From an uncultured Burkholderiales Genera incertae sedis bacterium (GTDB lineage: Bacteria; Pseudomonadota; Gammaproteobacteria; Burkholderiales; Eutrophovitaceae): a stretch of DNA of 62,552 nt. How positions within the stretch are numbered: the first letter of the stretch is position 1; each line of letters opens with the position of its first letter. The DNA lies in the NCBI GenBank assembly GCA_905478365.1, contig CAJQIK010000038.1, positions 1 through 62,552 on the forward strand, written 5' to 3'. A program made the translations under genes and the position numbers. Of this stretch, positions 1-9,617 are shown piece after piece. Under the pieces are notes generated by a model. That model was not told the origin of the DNA. It saw nothing but the letters and a program-made list of their open reading frames with translations, and did not search any database.

Positions 1-387
1 GCCCAACATAATCCCGACAAAATTAATGCACTGCTGAACGAGAACCCATCGTATGTATTTTTCAGAAAACTCCCATCAAATCTCGACGGGCCAATTGGGT
101 CCTTAGGCGTCCCACTAACTCCAAACCGCAGTATTGCGGTCGACGACACTTTTATTCCGGCAGGGTTTCCGGTTTATCTCGCGACGACCCAACCCAACTC
201 ATCAGCTCCTTTGAGTCAATTAATGTTCGCTCAGGATAAAGGCGGCGCCATAAAAGGCGCCGTTCGGGCTGATTACTTTTGGGGATTTGGCGAATCAGCA
301 GCCATTAATGCGGGCAAAATGAAACAAAAGGGTTTCATGTGGCTCCTGGTCCCAAAGACCTTTATCTTGACTGCAAATTCAGAATAA
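1..387 (+). CDS. mltA: Membrane-bound lytic murein transglycosylase A, C-terminal fragment (5' end outside window)
   Basis: Frame +1 is open from base 1 to TAA at 385-387. It is absent from the ORF track because no start lies in the window. The translation ...LDGPIGSLGVPLTPNRSIAVDDTFIPAGFPVYLATT...AQDKGGAIKGAVRADYFWGFGESAAINAGKMK resembles the C-terminal 3D-domain region of MltA-family enzymes. Confidence 0.75.
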   Translation, partial: AQHNPDKINALLNENPSYVFFRKLPSNLDGPIGSLGVPLTPNRSIAVDDTFIPAGFPVYLATTQPNSSAPLSQLMFAQDKGGAIKGAVRADYFWGFGESAAINAGKMKQKGFMWLLVPKTFILTANSE

Positions 388-408
388 TAAAATTCCTATA
401 AATTTTTG

Positions 409-1137
409 TTAATTAGTCCCCTGGGCAGCTGTTAATCGTCCTTCCAACTGTTCCAAATTCAGCGCCCCACTCGCCCTTGAACCGTCACTAAATAATAACG
501 TGGGTGTTGCTCTAACCAACATTTTTTTACCGAACTCGACAATCTGATCAATGGGGTTTTCACAGTCGTCGTTAGCGTCCGGATTAACACCATGAAATAT
601 AAAGTCATCCCAAGCCTCACCAGCGTCAGCAGAACACCAAATCGCTTTGGAGATAGGAATCGACCGTTCTGTAATGACTGGGTAAAGAAACAAATACAAT
701 GTTGCATCCGTGATATTTCCTAAAGTTTCTTCGTCAAACTTGCGACAGTATCCGCAATTGGGATCCGCAAAATAAGCAAATTCTCGCTCACCGGAACCAT
801 AAACACGCTTAATCGCCATCTCCAAAGGCAACTCATCAAACGGCATAGAAACTTTTTCTAGTTCAGCCATCTCGATCTCTGAGACTCTCTCCGAGGTTAC
901 GTTTCGCATTGTGCTTAATTCTATTAAGTTGCCGTCGAACAAATAAGTAAAGCTCTCGTCGACGTAATAAATTGAGCCGCTAATAACGATCTCATAAAGT
1001 CCCATAATTTGAGTTTCTGAGATTGAGTCGATGGAGGCAGTGGGAAACCTGTCTCGAATCCGGTCCTCTAAGGTACCCTCGTCAGCAAAAGCACCGCTGA
1101 ACACAAAACTAAAAATCAATATCAAATATTTATACAT
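409..1137 (-). CDS. dsbC: Thiol:disulfide interchange protein, DsbC/DsbG family
   Basis: 242 aa with an N-terminal signal peptide (MYKYLILIFSFVFSGAFA), a thioredoxin-fold CGYC active site, a second Cys pair (WCSAD...DDCENP) and a DsbC-like length. Confidence 0.8.
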   Translation of the reverse strand: MYKYLILIFSFVFSGAFADEGTLEDRIRDRFPTASIDSISETQIMGLYEIVISGSIYYVDESFTYLFDGNLIELSTMRNVTSERVSEIEMAELEKVSMPFDELPLEMAIKRVYGSGEREFAYFADPNCGYCRKFDEETLGNITDATLYLFLYPVITERSIPISKAIWCSADAGEAWDDFIFHGVNPDANDDCENPIDQIVEFGKKMLVRATPTLLFSDGSRASGALNLEQLEGRLTAAQGTN

Positions 1138-1162
1138 TGCCTACCTTTCATTCAAACTTTGA

Positions 1163-2317
1163 CTACCCTACAGCTTTTTTGATCAAAACCCGTTTCAATA
1201 CGTCTGCGTGTCGAACAGCCCCAACCCCGATGTTGTGTAAAGTCCGATAACAATCGGACCCACGTACGGCCATATCGTGCATCACCTCCGTAAAATATGT
1301 GAAGATTTCGATCTCTTCTTTTCTTGCACGACGATACCGATTGACTACAGCTAATCTTCCCGGATCTTCTAAACCATATTGCTTCACTAAACCCGTCAAT
1401 TTAGCAGTATCAGCCAAGCCGACATTGAGTCCTTGTCCTGCTAGAGGTAAGAATTGATGGGCCGCATCACCAATCAAGACTACCCTACCGCTAGTTACCG
1501 TTTGAGGCAATACGCGCCGTAACGGGAAACGTCCAATCCTACTCACCAGATCGACTATACCGAGCGGATTGTATCTCTTGGATAACCTCTCAAACAAAAC
1601 GTCTTCATCTAACCCGTGCGCAAATTCATCGTGAGCGGACCAAACAATTGACGCCAAGTTTCCGGGTAGCGGTAAATAAGCGATGACACCCTCTGCCCCC
1701 ATCCACTGATAAGCCGCACCCCGATGTGGCCGCGCCACAGTAAAATTTGCAACTAAACCCGTGTAATTGTAATCACGCTCACCCACACTGATTTCACAGT
1801 GACGTCGCACGACAGAGTTCGCGCCATCCGCAGCCACTAATAATTTGCAATTGACCTTACGCTTTGAAGTAACAACGGTTACAAGTCCAGGTTCTTGGTC
1901 GATTGCTAATATGTCACCATGAAGCCGCGCGACCGAATCATCTAATCGGCTGCATATTGACCGCCACAGATTATCGTTCTCAACGATACACGCTAACTCC
2001 ACAATACCGGCGTCATGAGCCCCTAACGTTAGTCGCTCTCGACCCTCGCCATCGATGTGCATTCGTGTGACACGCTGCACTCTCTTTTCAGAAATATTAT
2101 TCCAAAGCTGCTCATCAGTTAAGAATCGCTTAGTTGAAGGTCGGATCGCGAAAACCCGGTTGTCGAAGCATTCGGTCGTTAATCGCTCTGGCTGAGCGCT
2201 AACAGTTGAACCACTTGGCTCCACCAGCGCAACCCGCAGACCCAACCGAGACAGGGAAATAGCCGTCGCACTCCCAACGAGACCCGCGCCTGCAATCAAG
2301 ACATCATAATCAGTCAT
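1163..2317 (-). CDS. FAD-dependent monooxygenase, UbiH/UbiF/VisC/COQ6 family (ubiquinone biosynthesis hydroxylase)
   Basis: 384 aa with an N-terminal dinucleotide-binding motif DVLIAGAGLVGSA and a later GDAAH-type motif (LIGDAAHQFLPLAGQGLN) typical of this flavoprotein family. Confidence 0.8.
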   Translation of the reverse strand: MTDYDVLIAGAGLVGSATAISLSRLGLRVALVEPSGSTVSAQPERLTTECFDNRVFAIRPSTKRFLTDEQLWNNISEKRVQRVTRMHIDGEGRERLTLGAHDAGIVELACIVENDNLWRSICSRLDDSVARLHGDILAIDQEPGLVTVVTSKRKVNCKLLVAADGANSVVRRHCEISVGERDYNYTGLVANFTVARPHRGAAYQWMGAEGVIAYLPLPGNLASIVWSAHDEFAHGLDEDVLFERLSKRYNPLGIVDLVSRIGRFPLRRVLPQTVTSGRVVLIGDAAHQFLPLAGQGLNVGLADTAKLTGLVKQYGLEDPGRLAVVNRYRRARKEEIEIFTYFTEVMHDMAVRGSDCYRTLHNIGVGAVRHADVLKRVLIKKAVG

Positions 2318-2380
2318 GGTGTAAGTTTACCGGCCAACCGAGATTAGTGCTCGAAATACCTGCCTTGACAATTATCGGCC

Positions 2381-2410
2381 TTGACAGTAATCTGCCGGCC
2401 CTACTCTAAG
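2381..2410 (+). promoter_or_regulatory. Candidate sigma70 promoter for the tRNA gene
   Basis: TTGACA occurs at 2381-2386, with a second TTGACA at 2365-2370. It is followed 16-18 nt later by a weak -10-like TCTAAG/ACTCTA, about 10 nt upstream of the tRNA 5' end. This is a motif match only. Confidence 0.3.
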
Positions 2411-2420
2411 TAAGACATGT

Positions 2421-2497
<77 letters not shown>

Positions 2498-2528
2498 ATC
2501 CACTTTAAAGCAACACAAAATTCCTAAA

Positions 2529-3230
2529 TCAGGAGGCTGGTTTTCGGACGTAAATCGCAGAGAAAATGGCCCAGCTCCGCAACTCATAGCCATGTCTTGA
2601 TAAATATGTGTGAATATCACTGGCAACCAAATCATCGAGCCCTGCTTTCGATTCCCAAATTTCGATACAGATCACTTTAGGCTCATATTTCACTAAGGAC
2701 AGGCCTTTGAGGACCCGAAAATCGTTGCCCTCGCAGTCAATATTTAAAAACTCAAAGGTCTCGGGACAATCACATCGATCCAAGACCTCTGTGAGCGTTT
2801 CGGTCGTAACAGCGCTCAAACGATGATAGTCCGGATGATGCGCAGCTGCGCTAGGATCTATGGTCGCATTCGTCGAAAATTCACCAGGACTATAGATATT
2901 TAGCGTTTCGGCTCGGTCACTGATGGCGGATTGAACGACCACATCCCGTTTACGCGCCATTTGGGCTACACGCACCTTATCCTCCTCCATATCGATTAAT
3001 ATGCCGCACCAACCAGCTTTGTAGAATCCGAAAGTATTAGAGCCTCGCCTTGGGTGGTGACAGCCGACGTCCACATAAAATCCTCGCTCTGTTGAGGCCC
3101 CTACTTGCAAGAACATCTTTACTATCAAGTCCTCAGCGCACTGCGAATAGGAGGTGAGCGCTTTTGTAGGCGAGAGAAACGCGCGTCTAAATCGAGAAAT
3201 AAATTGTAAAATTTGACTAAATACCATCAC
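2529..3230 (-). CDS. FkbM-family SAM-dependent methyltransferase
   Basis: 233 aa with YSQCAEDLIV near the N-terminus, the SAM-binding stretch FYVDVGCHHP, and NIDCEGNDFRVLKG, all characteristic of FkbM-type methyltransferases. Confidence 0.7.
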   Translation of the reverse strand: MMVFSQILQFISRFRRAFLSPTKALTSYSQCAEDLIVKMFLQVGASTERGFYVDVGCHHPRRGSNTFGFYKAGWCGILIDMEEDKVRVAQMARKRDVVVQSAISDRAETLNIYSPGEFSTNATIDPSAAAHHPDYHRLSAVTTETLTEVLDRCDCPETFEFLNIDCEGNDFRVLKGLSLVKYEPKVICIEIWESKAGLDDLVASDIHTYLSRHGYELRSWAIFSAIYVRKPAS

Positions 3231-3445
3231 ATTAATTTAATTAGAGAGGTTGAATCCCATTAGTTATCGACAGTCTATACCAACCACTCCCGCCATAAGG
3301 ACTGTTTAAACCGCTCGAATTTAAGCGCGTCGTTTAGATTTCTTGGATACATGGATGATTTTATATTTTGAAAGGCCCTTGTAGACGCTCATTCTTGTAA
3401 AATTAAGACATTATTTTTTAACAAGCCCATCAGCTTAAAGCACCT

Positions 3446-4771
3446 ATGAAAAAAGTATACGTCCGAACTTTCGGATGCCAGATGAATGAATACGACTCTG
3501 ACAAAATGGTCGACGTGTTACGTGCATATGACGGATACGAAAAAACCACCAAAGTTGAAGACGCAGATTTAATTCTGTTCAATACGTGCTCTGTACGAGA
3601 AAAAGCGCAGGAAAAAGTATTCAGTGACTTAGGTCGGGTGCGTCACTTAAAGGAACTCAACCCTGATGTCAGAATAGGTGTGGGCGGATGCGTGGCTTCG
3701 CAAGAAGGAAAAGTAATTATGTCCCGAGCGCCCTATGTTGATTTGGTGTTCGGACCGCAAACCATACACAGGCTTCCATCACTACTGGCAGAGCGGCAAA
3801 AAAAAGGAAAATCTCAAATCGATATTTCTTTTCCGGAGGTTGAAAAATTCGATAACTTGCCAACGCCCATAACCACCAGTCAGTCTGCGATGGTCTCAAT
3901 CATGGAAGGGTGCAGCAAATACTGTACTTTCTGCGTGGTGCCCTACACTCGAGGAGAGGAGATATCAAGGCCCTTCGAAGACGTTCTTGTGGAGGTCGCG
4001 ACACTGGCGACTCAAGGCGTCAAGGCAATTACATTATTAGGACAGAATGTTAACGCCTACTATCATGAACAAGATAACGAAGCCATAGACTTTGCGACAC
4101 TACTAGATTACGTATCCGAGGTTCCTGGGGTGGAGAGAATCAGATTTACCACATCACATCCTAAAGAATTCTCAGCAGCCTTAATTGATAGTTATCGTAA
4201 GCTACCTAAGCTGGTCGACCACGTACATCTTCCTGTCCAGTCCGGATCCGATCGAGTACTGGAAGCAATGAAGCGAGGTTACACGCGTGCGGACTATATA
4301 AAAATCATCGACGACTTAAAGCTTGCTCGAAGCACGGTTTCAATAAGCTCTGATTTTATCGTAGGTTTTCCAGGAGAGACGGCTTCGGACTTTGACGACA
4401 CAATGAGCCTCGTAGACGAAGTAAACTTCGATGGTAGCTTCAGCTTCATGTACAGCCCGCGTCCTGGCACTCCAGCTGCAGCGCTTCCCAGTCACGTTCC
4501 TTTACCCATCAAAAAACAACGACTAAGCCAACTCCAAGATAAATTAAGTGAAAATGCCTTTAGATTCAATCAACGGATGATTGGCAGTGAATATGATGTG
4601 CTGGTTGAGGGGGTTTCAAAAAAAGATCCCTCCAAGCTATCTGGCCGAACAAACAGCAACAAAGTAATCAACTTCGAAGGACAAGAGCGTCTGATTGGTC
4701 ATACAGTTAAAATAGAAGTGACTGAAGCGCTACCGAATTCGCTTCGCGGCAACGTAATCACCAGAGATTGA
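3446..4771 (+). CDS. miaB: tRNA-2-methylthio-N6-dimethylallyladenosine synthase
   Basis: 441 aa with the N-terminal UPF0004 motif [13 protein letters not shown], the radical-SAM CSKYCTFC (CxxxCxxC) and a C-terminal TRAM region. Confidence 0.95.
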   Translation: MKKVYVRTFGCQMNEYDSDKMVDVLRAYDGYEKTTKVEDADLILFNTCSVREKAQEKVFSDLGRVRHLKELNPDVRIGVGGCVASQEGKVIMSRAPYVDLVFGPQTIHRLPSLLAERQKKGKSQIDISFPEVEKFDNLPTPITTSQSAMVSIMEGCSKYCTFCVVPYTRGEEISRPFEDVLVEVATLATQGVKAITLLGQNVNAYYHEQDNEAIDFATLLDYVSEVPGVERIRFTTSHPKEFSAALIDSYRKLPKLVDHVHLPVQSGSDRVLEAMKRGYTRADYIKIIDDLKLARSTVSISSDFIVGFPGETASDFDDTMSLVDEVNFDGSFSFMYSPRPGTPAAALPSHVPLPIKKQRLSQLQDKLSENAFRFNQRMIGSEYDVLVEGVSKKDPSKLSGRTNSNKVINFEGQERLIGHTVKIEVTEALPNSLRGNVITRD

Positions 4772-4821
4772 TAGTCTTCCGATATACTATTATCTATTGT
4801 AAAAAATAGGATCACTTAAGC

Positions 4822-5769
4822 TTGGATACCACTGAAATTGTATTTGCACCAGTTGATAACGCTAGACTCGCAAACATGTGTGGCGCACTGGACGTCAACT
4901 TAAAAGCAATAGGGCAAGAACTTAATATTAAGATTATTCGCAAGGGTGAAATTTTCACTCTGAGCGGAAACAGTGAAAGCATTCAGGTTGGAGCGGACAC
5001 ATTATCTCTATTGTATGAATCGTCGCGTCGCCATCTCGACACCGAAGATATCCAACTGGGCATTGTCGAAATCACTCAAAATGCGAGGGCAGATGGCCAA
5101 GATTCAGAGCTCGTTTTACAGACAAAAAGACGAGACCTGCGAGGTAGGACCCCGCGTCAAACTCAATACTTAAATCAAATACAGTCCCACGATATTACTT
5201 TTGGAATAGGCCCAGCCGGAACCGGAAAAACGTACCTTGCAGTCGCATCGGCGGTAGATTCTTTTGAACGTGGCAACGTAAAACGCATCGTTTTAGTTAG
5301 ACCTGCTGTGGAAGCAGGAGAGAGACTTGGTTTTTTGCCTGGAGATTTATCCCAAAAAGTAGATCCGTATCTTCGACCCCTCTACGACTCTCTTTACGAT
5401 CTAATGGGATATGAAAAAGTTGGAAAATTATTTGAGCGTAGCGCCATTGAAATCGCCCCACTTGCCTACATGCGAGGAAGGACACTCAATGATGCGTTCA
5501 TTATTCTCGACGAGGCGCAAAATACGACGCCAGAACAAATGAAAATGTTCCTTACCCGGATGGGGTTCGGCAGCCGAGCTGTCGTTACAGGGGACAGCAC
5601 CCAAATAGATCTTCCAAAGGGGCAAAAAAGCGGGCTGAACGAAGCGGAAGCGATTCTAAAAAAAGTAAAAGGTATCGCATTCACACAATTTGAATCTGAA
5701 GATGTCGTCAGACATCCCTTAGTACAAAGAATCGTCAAGGCATATGCAGCGGCAAGGTCTGATGATTAA
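4822..5769 (+). CDS. phoH: PhoH-like ATPase (YbeZ)
   Basis: 315 aa with Walker A GPAGTGKTY and Walker B FIILDEAQN. TTG start with AGGA upstream. It sits in the conserved miaB-phoH-ybeY-corC order. Confidence 0.9.
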   Translation: MDTTEIVFAPVDNARLANMCGALDVNLKAIGQELNIKIIRKGEIFTLSGNSESIQVGADTLSLLYESSRRHLDTEDIQLGIVEITQNARADGQDSELVLQTKRRDLRGRTPRQTQYLNQIQSHDITFGIGPAGTGKTYLAVASAVDSFERGNVKRIVLVRPAVEAGERLGFLPGDLSQKVDPYLRPLYDSLYDLMGYEKVGKLFERSAIEIAPLAYMRGRTLNDAFIILDEAQNTTPEQMKMFLTRMGFGSRAVVTGDSTQIDLPKGQKSGLNEAEAILKKVKGIAFTQFESEDVVRHPLVQRIVKAYAAARSDD

Positions 5770-5778
5770 GCCAGTTTT

Positions 5779-6240
5779 ATGAGCAAGGCCAAATTAGAAT
5801 TAACTGTTCAACAATCCGAATCGTGGCCTGGACTTCCGACCAAGCGCGATATTCGACGGTGGATATTAGCGTCCCTTTTAGAGGATGCCAATGTGACGGT
5901 TCGACTTATTGATGAGGACGAGGGCAGAGAGCTAAACCGATACTTCCGAGATCGGAATAAAGCAACTAACGTACTCACTTTTCCGTATGGAGAGACGACA
6001 CCGTTATCTGCTGATATCGCACTCTGTATTCCGGTCATCAGAGGAGAAGCAAAAAAACAAAACAAAACGTTCCATGATCATTTTGCGCATCTTTGTGTGC
6101 ACGCGACACTCCACTTTCAAGATTTCAGTCATGAAGAAGATGCTGAAAGAGAAATTATGGAGGGCATGGAAATCGACATTCTAGAAAAAATGGGGATCCC
6201 CAATCCATATGAACAAGACTTCGAGTCAAACGCCACATGA
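5779..6240 (+). CDS. ybeY: rRNA maturation endoribonuclease YbeY
   Basis: 153 aa with the metal-binding H-x3-H-x5-H motif (HATLHFQDFSH). The stop overlaps the corC start at 6237-6240. Confidence 0.9.
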   Translation: MSKAKLELTVQQSESWPGLPTKRDIRRWILASLLEDANVTVRLIDEDEGRELNRYFRDRNKATNVLTFPYGETTPLSADIALCIPVIRGEAKKQNKTFHDHFAHLCVHATLHFQDFSHEEDAEREIMEGMEIDILEKMGIPNPYEQDFESNAT

Positions 6241-7076
6241 ATAAAGTTACTAAAAAATCTAGTTGGTTAGAAAAAATTACCCACTTATTAGGCCGAGAAC
6301 CCGAAGATAAAGAAGAACTTATCGAATTGCTGCACGCATCATTTGAAAAGAATCTCCTAGACTCCGATGCGCTGTCTATGCTGGAGGGTGTTCTACAAGT
6401 CTCAGAAATGGCGGCAAGAGACATTATGATCCCCCGATCCCAATGTTACATGGCAGACGTAAAGTCCCCCATGACCGATATTATTGGCTTAGCAGTCGAA
6501 ACCAATCACTCTAGATTTCCTGTATTCGAAAATAATAAAGATGAAATTTTAGGCATTTTGCTCGCGAAAGATCTATTACGCTACTACAAAGATCCTGAAT
6601 CATTCGATCTAAGAGATATGCTAAGACCGGCAGTGTTCATCCCTGAATCAAAGCCGCTGAATGTACTACTCAAAGAGTTTCGAAGTAACAGAAATCATAT
6701 GGCGATCGTTGTTGATGAATACAGCGGCGTAGCAGGACTTATTACGATTGAAGACGTGCTAGAACAAATCGTTGGCGAAATTGAAGACGAATACGATTTC
6801 GATGAATCTGAGGCAAACATCTTAGAAGACAAATTTGGTCGATATCGAGTCAAAGCGGTAACAGAAATTTCAGATATTAATGATCACTTCGGCACTAATT
6901 TTCCGGACAGCGACTTCGATACAATAGGCGGCCTAGTGTTAGCGCACCTTGGTAAGCTACCGGAAATAGGTGAAGAAATTAAAATTGGTGAGCTCAGCAT
7001 CACTGTAACGCGATCGGATAGCAGAAGAGTTCACGCGCTATTGGTAGAAAAAATTAAGATTGATCAAAAACCCTAA
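6237..7076 (+). CDS. corC: CBS-pair/CorC_HlyC domain magnesium-cobalt efflux-associated protein
   Basis: 279 aa with a tandem CBS region (ARDIMIPRS... NHMAIVVDEYSGVAGLITIEDVLEQIVG) and a C-terminal transporter-associated domain. Confidence 0.9.
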   Translation: MNKVTKKSSWLEKITHLLGREPEDKEELIELLHASFEKNLLDSDALSMLEGVLQVSEMAARDIMIPRSQCYMADVKSPMTDIIGLAVETNHSRFPVFENNKDEILGILLAKDLLRYYKDPESFDLRDMLRPAVFIPESKPLNVLLKEFRSNRNHMAIVVDEYSGVAGLITIEDVLEQIVGEIEDEYDFDESEANILEDKFGRYRVKAVTEISDINDHFGTNFPDSDFDTIGGLVLAHLGKLPEIGEEIKIGELSITVTRSDSRRVHALLVEKIKIDQKP

Positions 7077-8613
7077 AATCCCCCCTCTCCTGGCGCAAAC
7101 GTTAACAAACCGGCCAGTTCTTTGGGCGTTCATCCTAGGAGCTATAACGGTTCTAGGCTTTGCGCCATTATCAATTTTTTTAATTCCTATACTCACTTGT
7201 GCATTGTTATTTTTAATATTGCACGAACAAAAAGTCACGAGAGTATTTGCAATATCTTTTTCTTTTTCATTTGGTCTTCTTATCACGGGAACAAGTTGGG
7301 TTTATGTCAGTCTCCACAACTTCGGGGGTATGCACCCGGTTTTGGCTGTAATTGCTACTGTCTTTCTGAGTGCAATTTTTGCTCTACCACCAGCCATTAT
7401 CCAGACGGCACTTGCCAAGCTCGTATCTTCTCCATCGCGACGAATGTTAATTGTGTTCCCGGTGGGACTTGCCTTATCAGACTGGTGTCGCGGGTGGTTT
7501 TTAACCGGCTTCCCATGGTTATCAATCGGATACTCCCAAATACCATTGAGCCCGCTTTCAAACTATGCTCCGTTACTTGGCATATACGGCGTGACACTTG
7601 CATGTGCCTTTTGCTCAGGTGGGGTTGGATACCTTTTCACATATTTATCTGTAAACCGAGCAAATCCTAAATGGAAAGTAGGGGTAATTCTACCCACGCT
7701 AATCTTATTTCTGTCAATTGTTTTGGGGTCGGTTCGATGGACAGAGAAGATTAGTCAAAGCGCCACAACAGTGTCTTTGCTCCAGGGAAACATATCTCAG
7801 GATATGAAATGGAATCGCGAGTGGCTCGATAAAACAATGATGACATACCTCGATATGGTCCTCCAAGAACAAACAGACCTTATACTTCTACCTGAAACGG
7901 CTATTCCGTTACTCTCGAATAATGTCCCGGAGTGGTATTGGGACGCTCTTCGAACGCATGCCCAAGTGAATGATTCGCATATTATATTGGGCATCCCAGA
8001 AAAATCAGAAGAAGGAAATTTCTATAACAGCGTGCTACATATAGGCGGCGAAGAAACTAGTCGTTATCGCAAGCACCATCTTGTTCCCTTCGGTGATTAC
8101 TTTCCAATGCGATCGCTTACCTCGGTTTTACTCAACGTCCTTTCAATTCCTATGTCAAACTTTTCTGCTGGGGATGCCAATCAAGAACCATTCGATCTTG
8201 GTACACAAATTCTTGGGGTCGATATTTGCTACGAAGATGTATTTGGCGAGGAAATTATTCGGCAGCTTCCTGAGGCAACTGTGCTTGCTAACTTCACGAA
8301 CGATGCTTGGTGGGGAGAGTCCTTTGGACCTCAGCAGCATCTTCAAATCGCTCAAGCCAGATCCATAGAGACTGGGCGAGAACTGCTGCGCGTAACGAAC
8401 ACCGGGGTCACTGCCGTCATTGATCACAGAGGCCACATTATTGCGCGACTGCCTCAATTTTCGGAAAGCGTATTACGCGCAGAAATTTATGGGCGCAAAG
8501 GCGTGACGCCGTATAGCCGATGGGGCAATTTAGCGTTCATATTTCTGACCCTGAGCATCCTATTGCTAAGCTTGAAATCGACGTTATATTGGTCCAAAAG
8601 TGAAAAAAGGTAA
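7060..8613 (+). CDS. lnt: Apolipoprotein N-acyltransferase
   Basis: 517 aa with a multi-TM N-terminus followed by a CN-hydrolase domain (LILLPETA, catalytic Cys in VDICYEDVFGEE). The start is uncertain because the ORF-track start overlaps the corC 3' end by 17 nt. Confidence 0.9.
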   Translation: MIKNPKIPPLLAQTLTNRPVLWAFILGAITVLGFAPLSIFLIPILTCALLFLILHEQKVTRVFAISFSFSFGLLITGTSWVYVSLHNFGGMHPVLAVIATVFLSAIFALPPAIIQTALAKLVSSPSRRMLIVFPVGLALSDWCRGWFLTGFPWLSIGYSQIPLSPLSNYAPLLGIYGVTLACAFCSGGVGYLFTYLSVNRANPKWKVGVILPTLILFLSIVLGSVRWTEKISQSATTVSLLQGNISQDMKWNREWLDKTMMTYLDMVLQEQTDLILLPETAIPLLSNNVPEWYWDALRTHAQVNDSHIILGIPEKSEEGNFYNSVLHIGGEETSRYRKHHLVPFGDYFPMRSLTSVLLNVLSIPMSNFSAGDANQEPFDLGTQILGVDICYEDVFGEEIIRQLPEATVLANFTNDAWWGESFGPQQHLQIAQARSIETGRELLRVTNTGVTAVIDHRGHIIARLPQFSESVLRAEIYGRKGVTPYSRWGNLAFIFLTLSILLLSLKSTLYWSKSEKR

Positions 8614-8658
8614 AATGGAGCATCATTGCTTTTTGCTATACATATCCTAGGTTTATAA

Positions 8659-9609
8659 ATGGTCTACTTTCAAGACATGATTTTAGAACTTCAAAAATAT
8701 TGGAGTTCACAGGGTTGTGCGCTACTACAACCATACGATTTAGAAGTAGGTGCCGGGACTTTTCATACGGCCACCTTTCTAAGAGCAATCGGGCCAGAAC
8801 CTTGGAAAGCGGCGTACGTTCAACCATCTCGTAGACCCAAAGATGGTAGGTACGGAGCTAATCCGAATCGTCTGCAGCATTATTATCAATTTCAGGTGGT
8901 CCTCAAACCCGCACCCTCCGACATTTTGGATCTATATTTAGGCTCACTTGAGACAATCGGAATTAACCCACGCGAACATGATGTTCGATTCGTTGAAGAC
9001 GACTGGGAATCTCCCACACTGGGTGCCTGGGGGTTAGGGTGGGAGGTGTGGCTCAATGGCATGGAAGTCACTCAGTTTACTTACTTTCAAGAAGTCGGTG
9101 GCATAAGTTGTAAACCCGTTATGGGCGAAATCACATACGGACTCGAGAGACTTGCTATGTACCTCCAATCAAAAGAAAGCGTGTTTGACCTTGACTGGGC
9201 ACCTGGAATTACGTATCGAGACGTCTACCATCAAAATGAAGTAGAACAATCAACATATAACTTCGAAAAAGCCAATACGGATTTGCTCTTTGCTAATTTT
9301 TCCGCTTTCGAAAAAGAAGCAATCGCCATGTTTGACGCCGAATTACCTCTCCCTGGATACGAACTGGTTATGAAATGCTCCCATGCGTTTAACCTTCTCG
9401 ACTCTAGAGGAGCCATATCAGTTACGGAGCGCGCGAGTTATATTGGAAGAGTACGAACGTTAGCCAGAATGGCGGCGCAAGCATATCGAGCTTCACGTAA
9501 AGCTCTAGGATATGAACGCGCATCTGATGAGGCCATCATGGCTTTTATGCCCCAGGAAGAGGTGTCTGAAATCATCGATATTCGAAAAAATATTTCTACC
9601 CAAACATAA
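8659..9609 (+). CDS. glyQ: Glycine--tRNA ligase alpha subunit
   Basis: 316 aa. The N-terminus [40 protein letters not shown] is highly characteristic of GlyQ. Confidence 0.95.
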   Translation: MVYFQDMILELQKYWSSQGCALLQPYDLEVGAGTFHTATFLRAIGPEPWKAAYVQPSRRPKDGRYGANPNRLQHYYQFQVVLKPAPSDILDLYLGSLETIGINPREHDVRFVEDDWESPTLGAWGLGWEVWLNGMEVTQFTYFQEVGGISCKPVMGEITYGLERLAMYLQSKESVFDLDWAPGITYRDVYHQNEVEQSTYNFEKANTDLLFANFSAFEKEAIAMFDAELPLPGYELVMKCSHAFNLLDSRGAISVTERASYIGRVRTLARMAAQAYRASRKALGYERASDEAIMAFMPQEEVSEIIDIRKNISTQT

Positions 9610-9617
9610 TCATTATT

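Noticed and set aside
7122-7670. 182-aa ORF in an alternative + frame
   Set aside because: It lies inside lnt, whose own frame gives a coherent TM plus CN-hydrolase protein. The alternative translation is Cys/Arg-rich nonsense.
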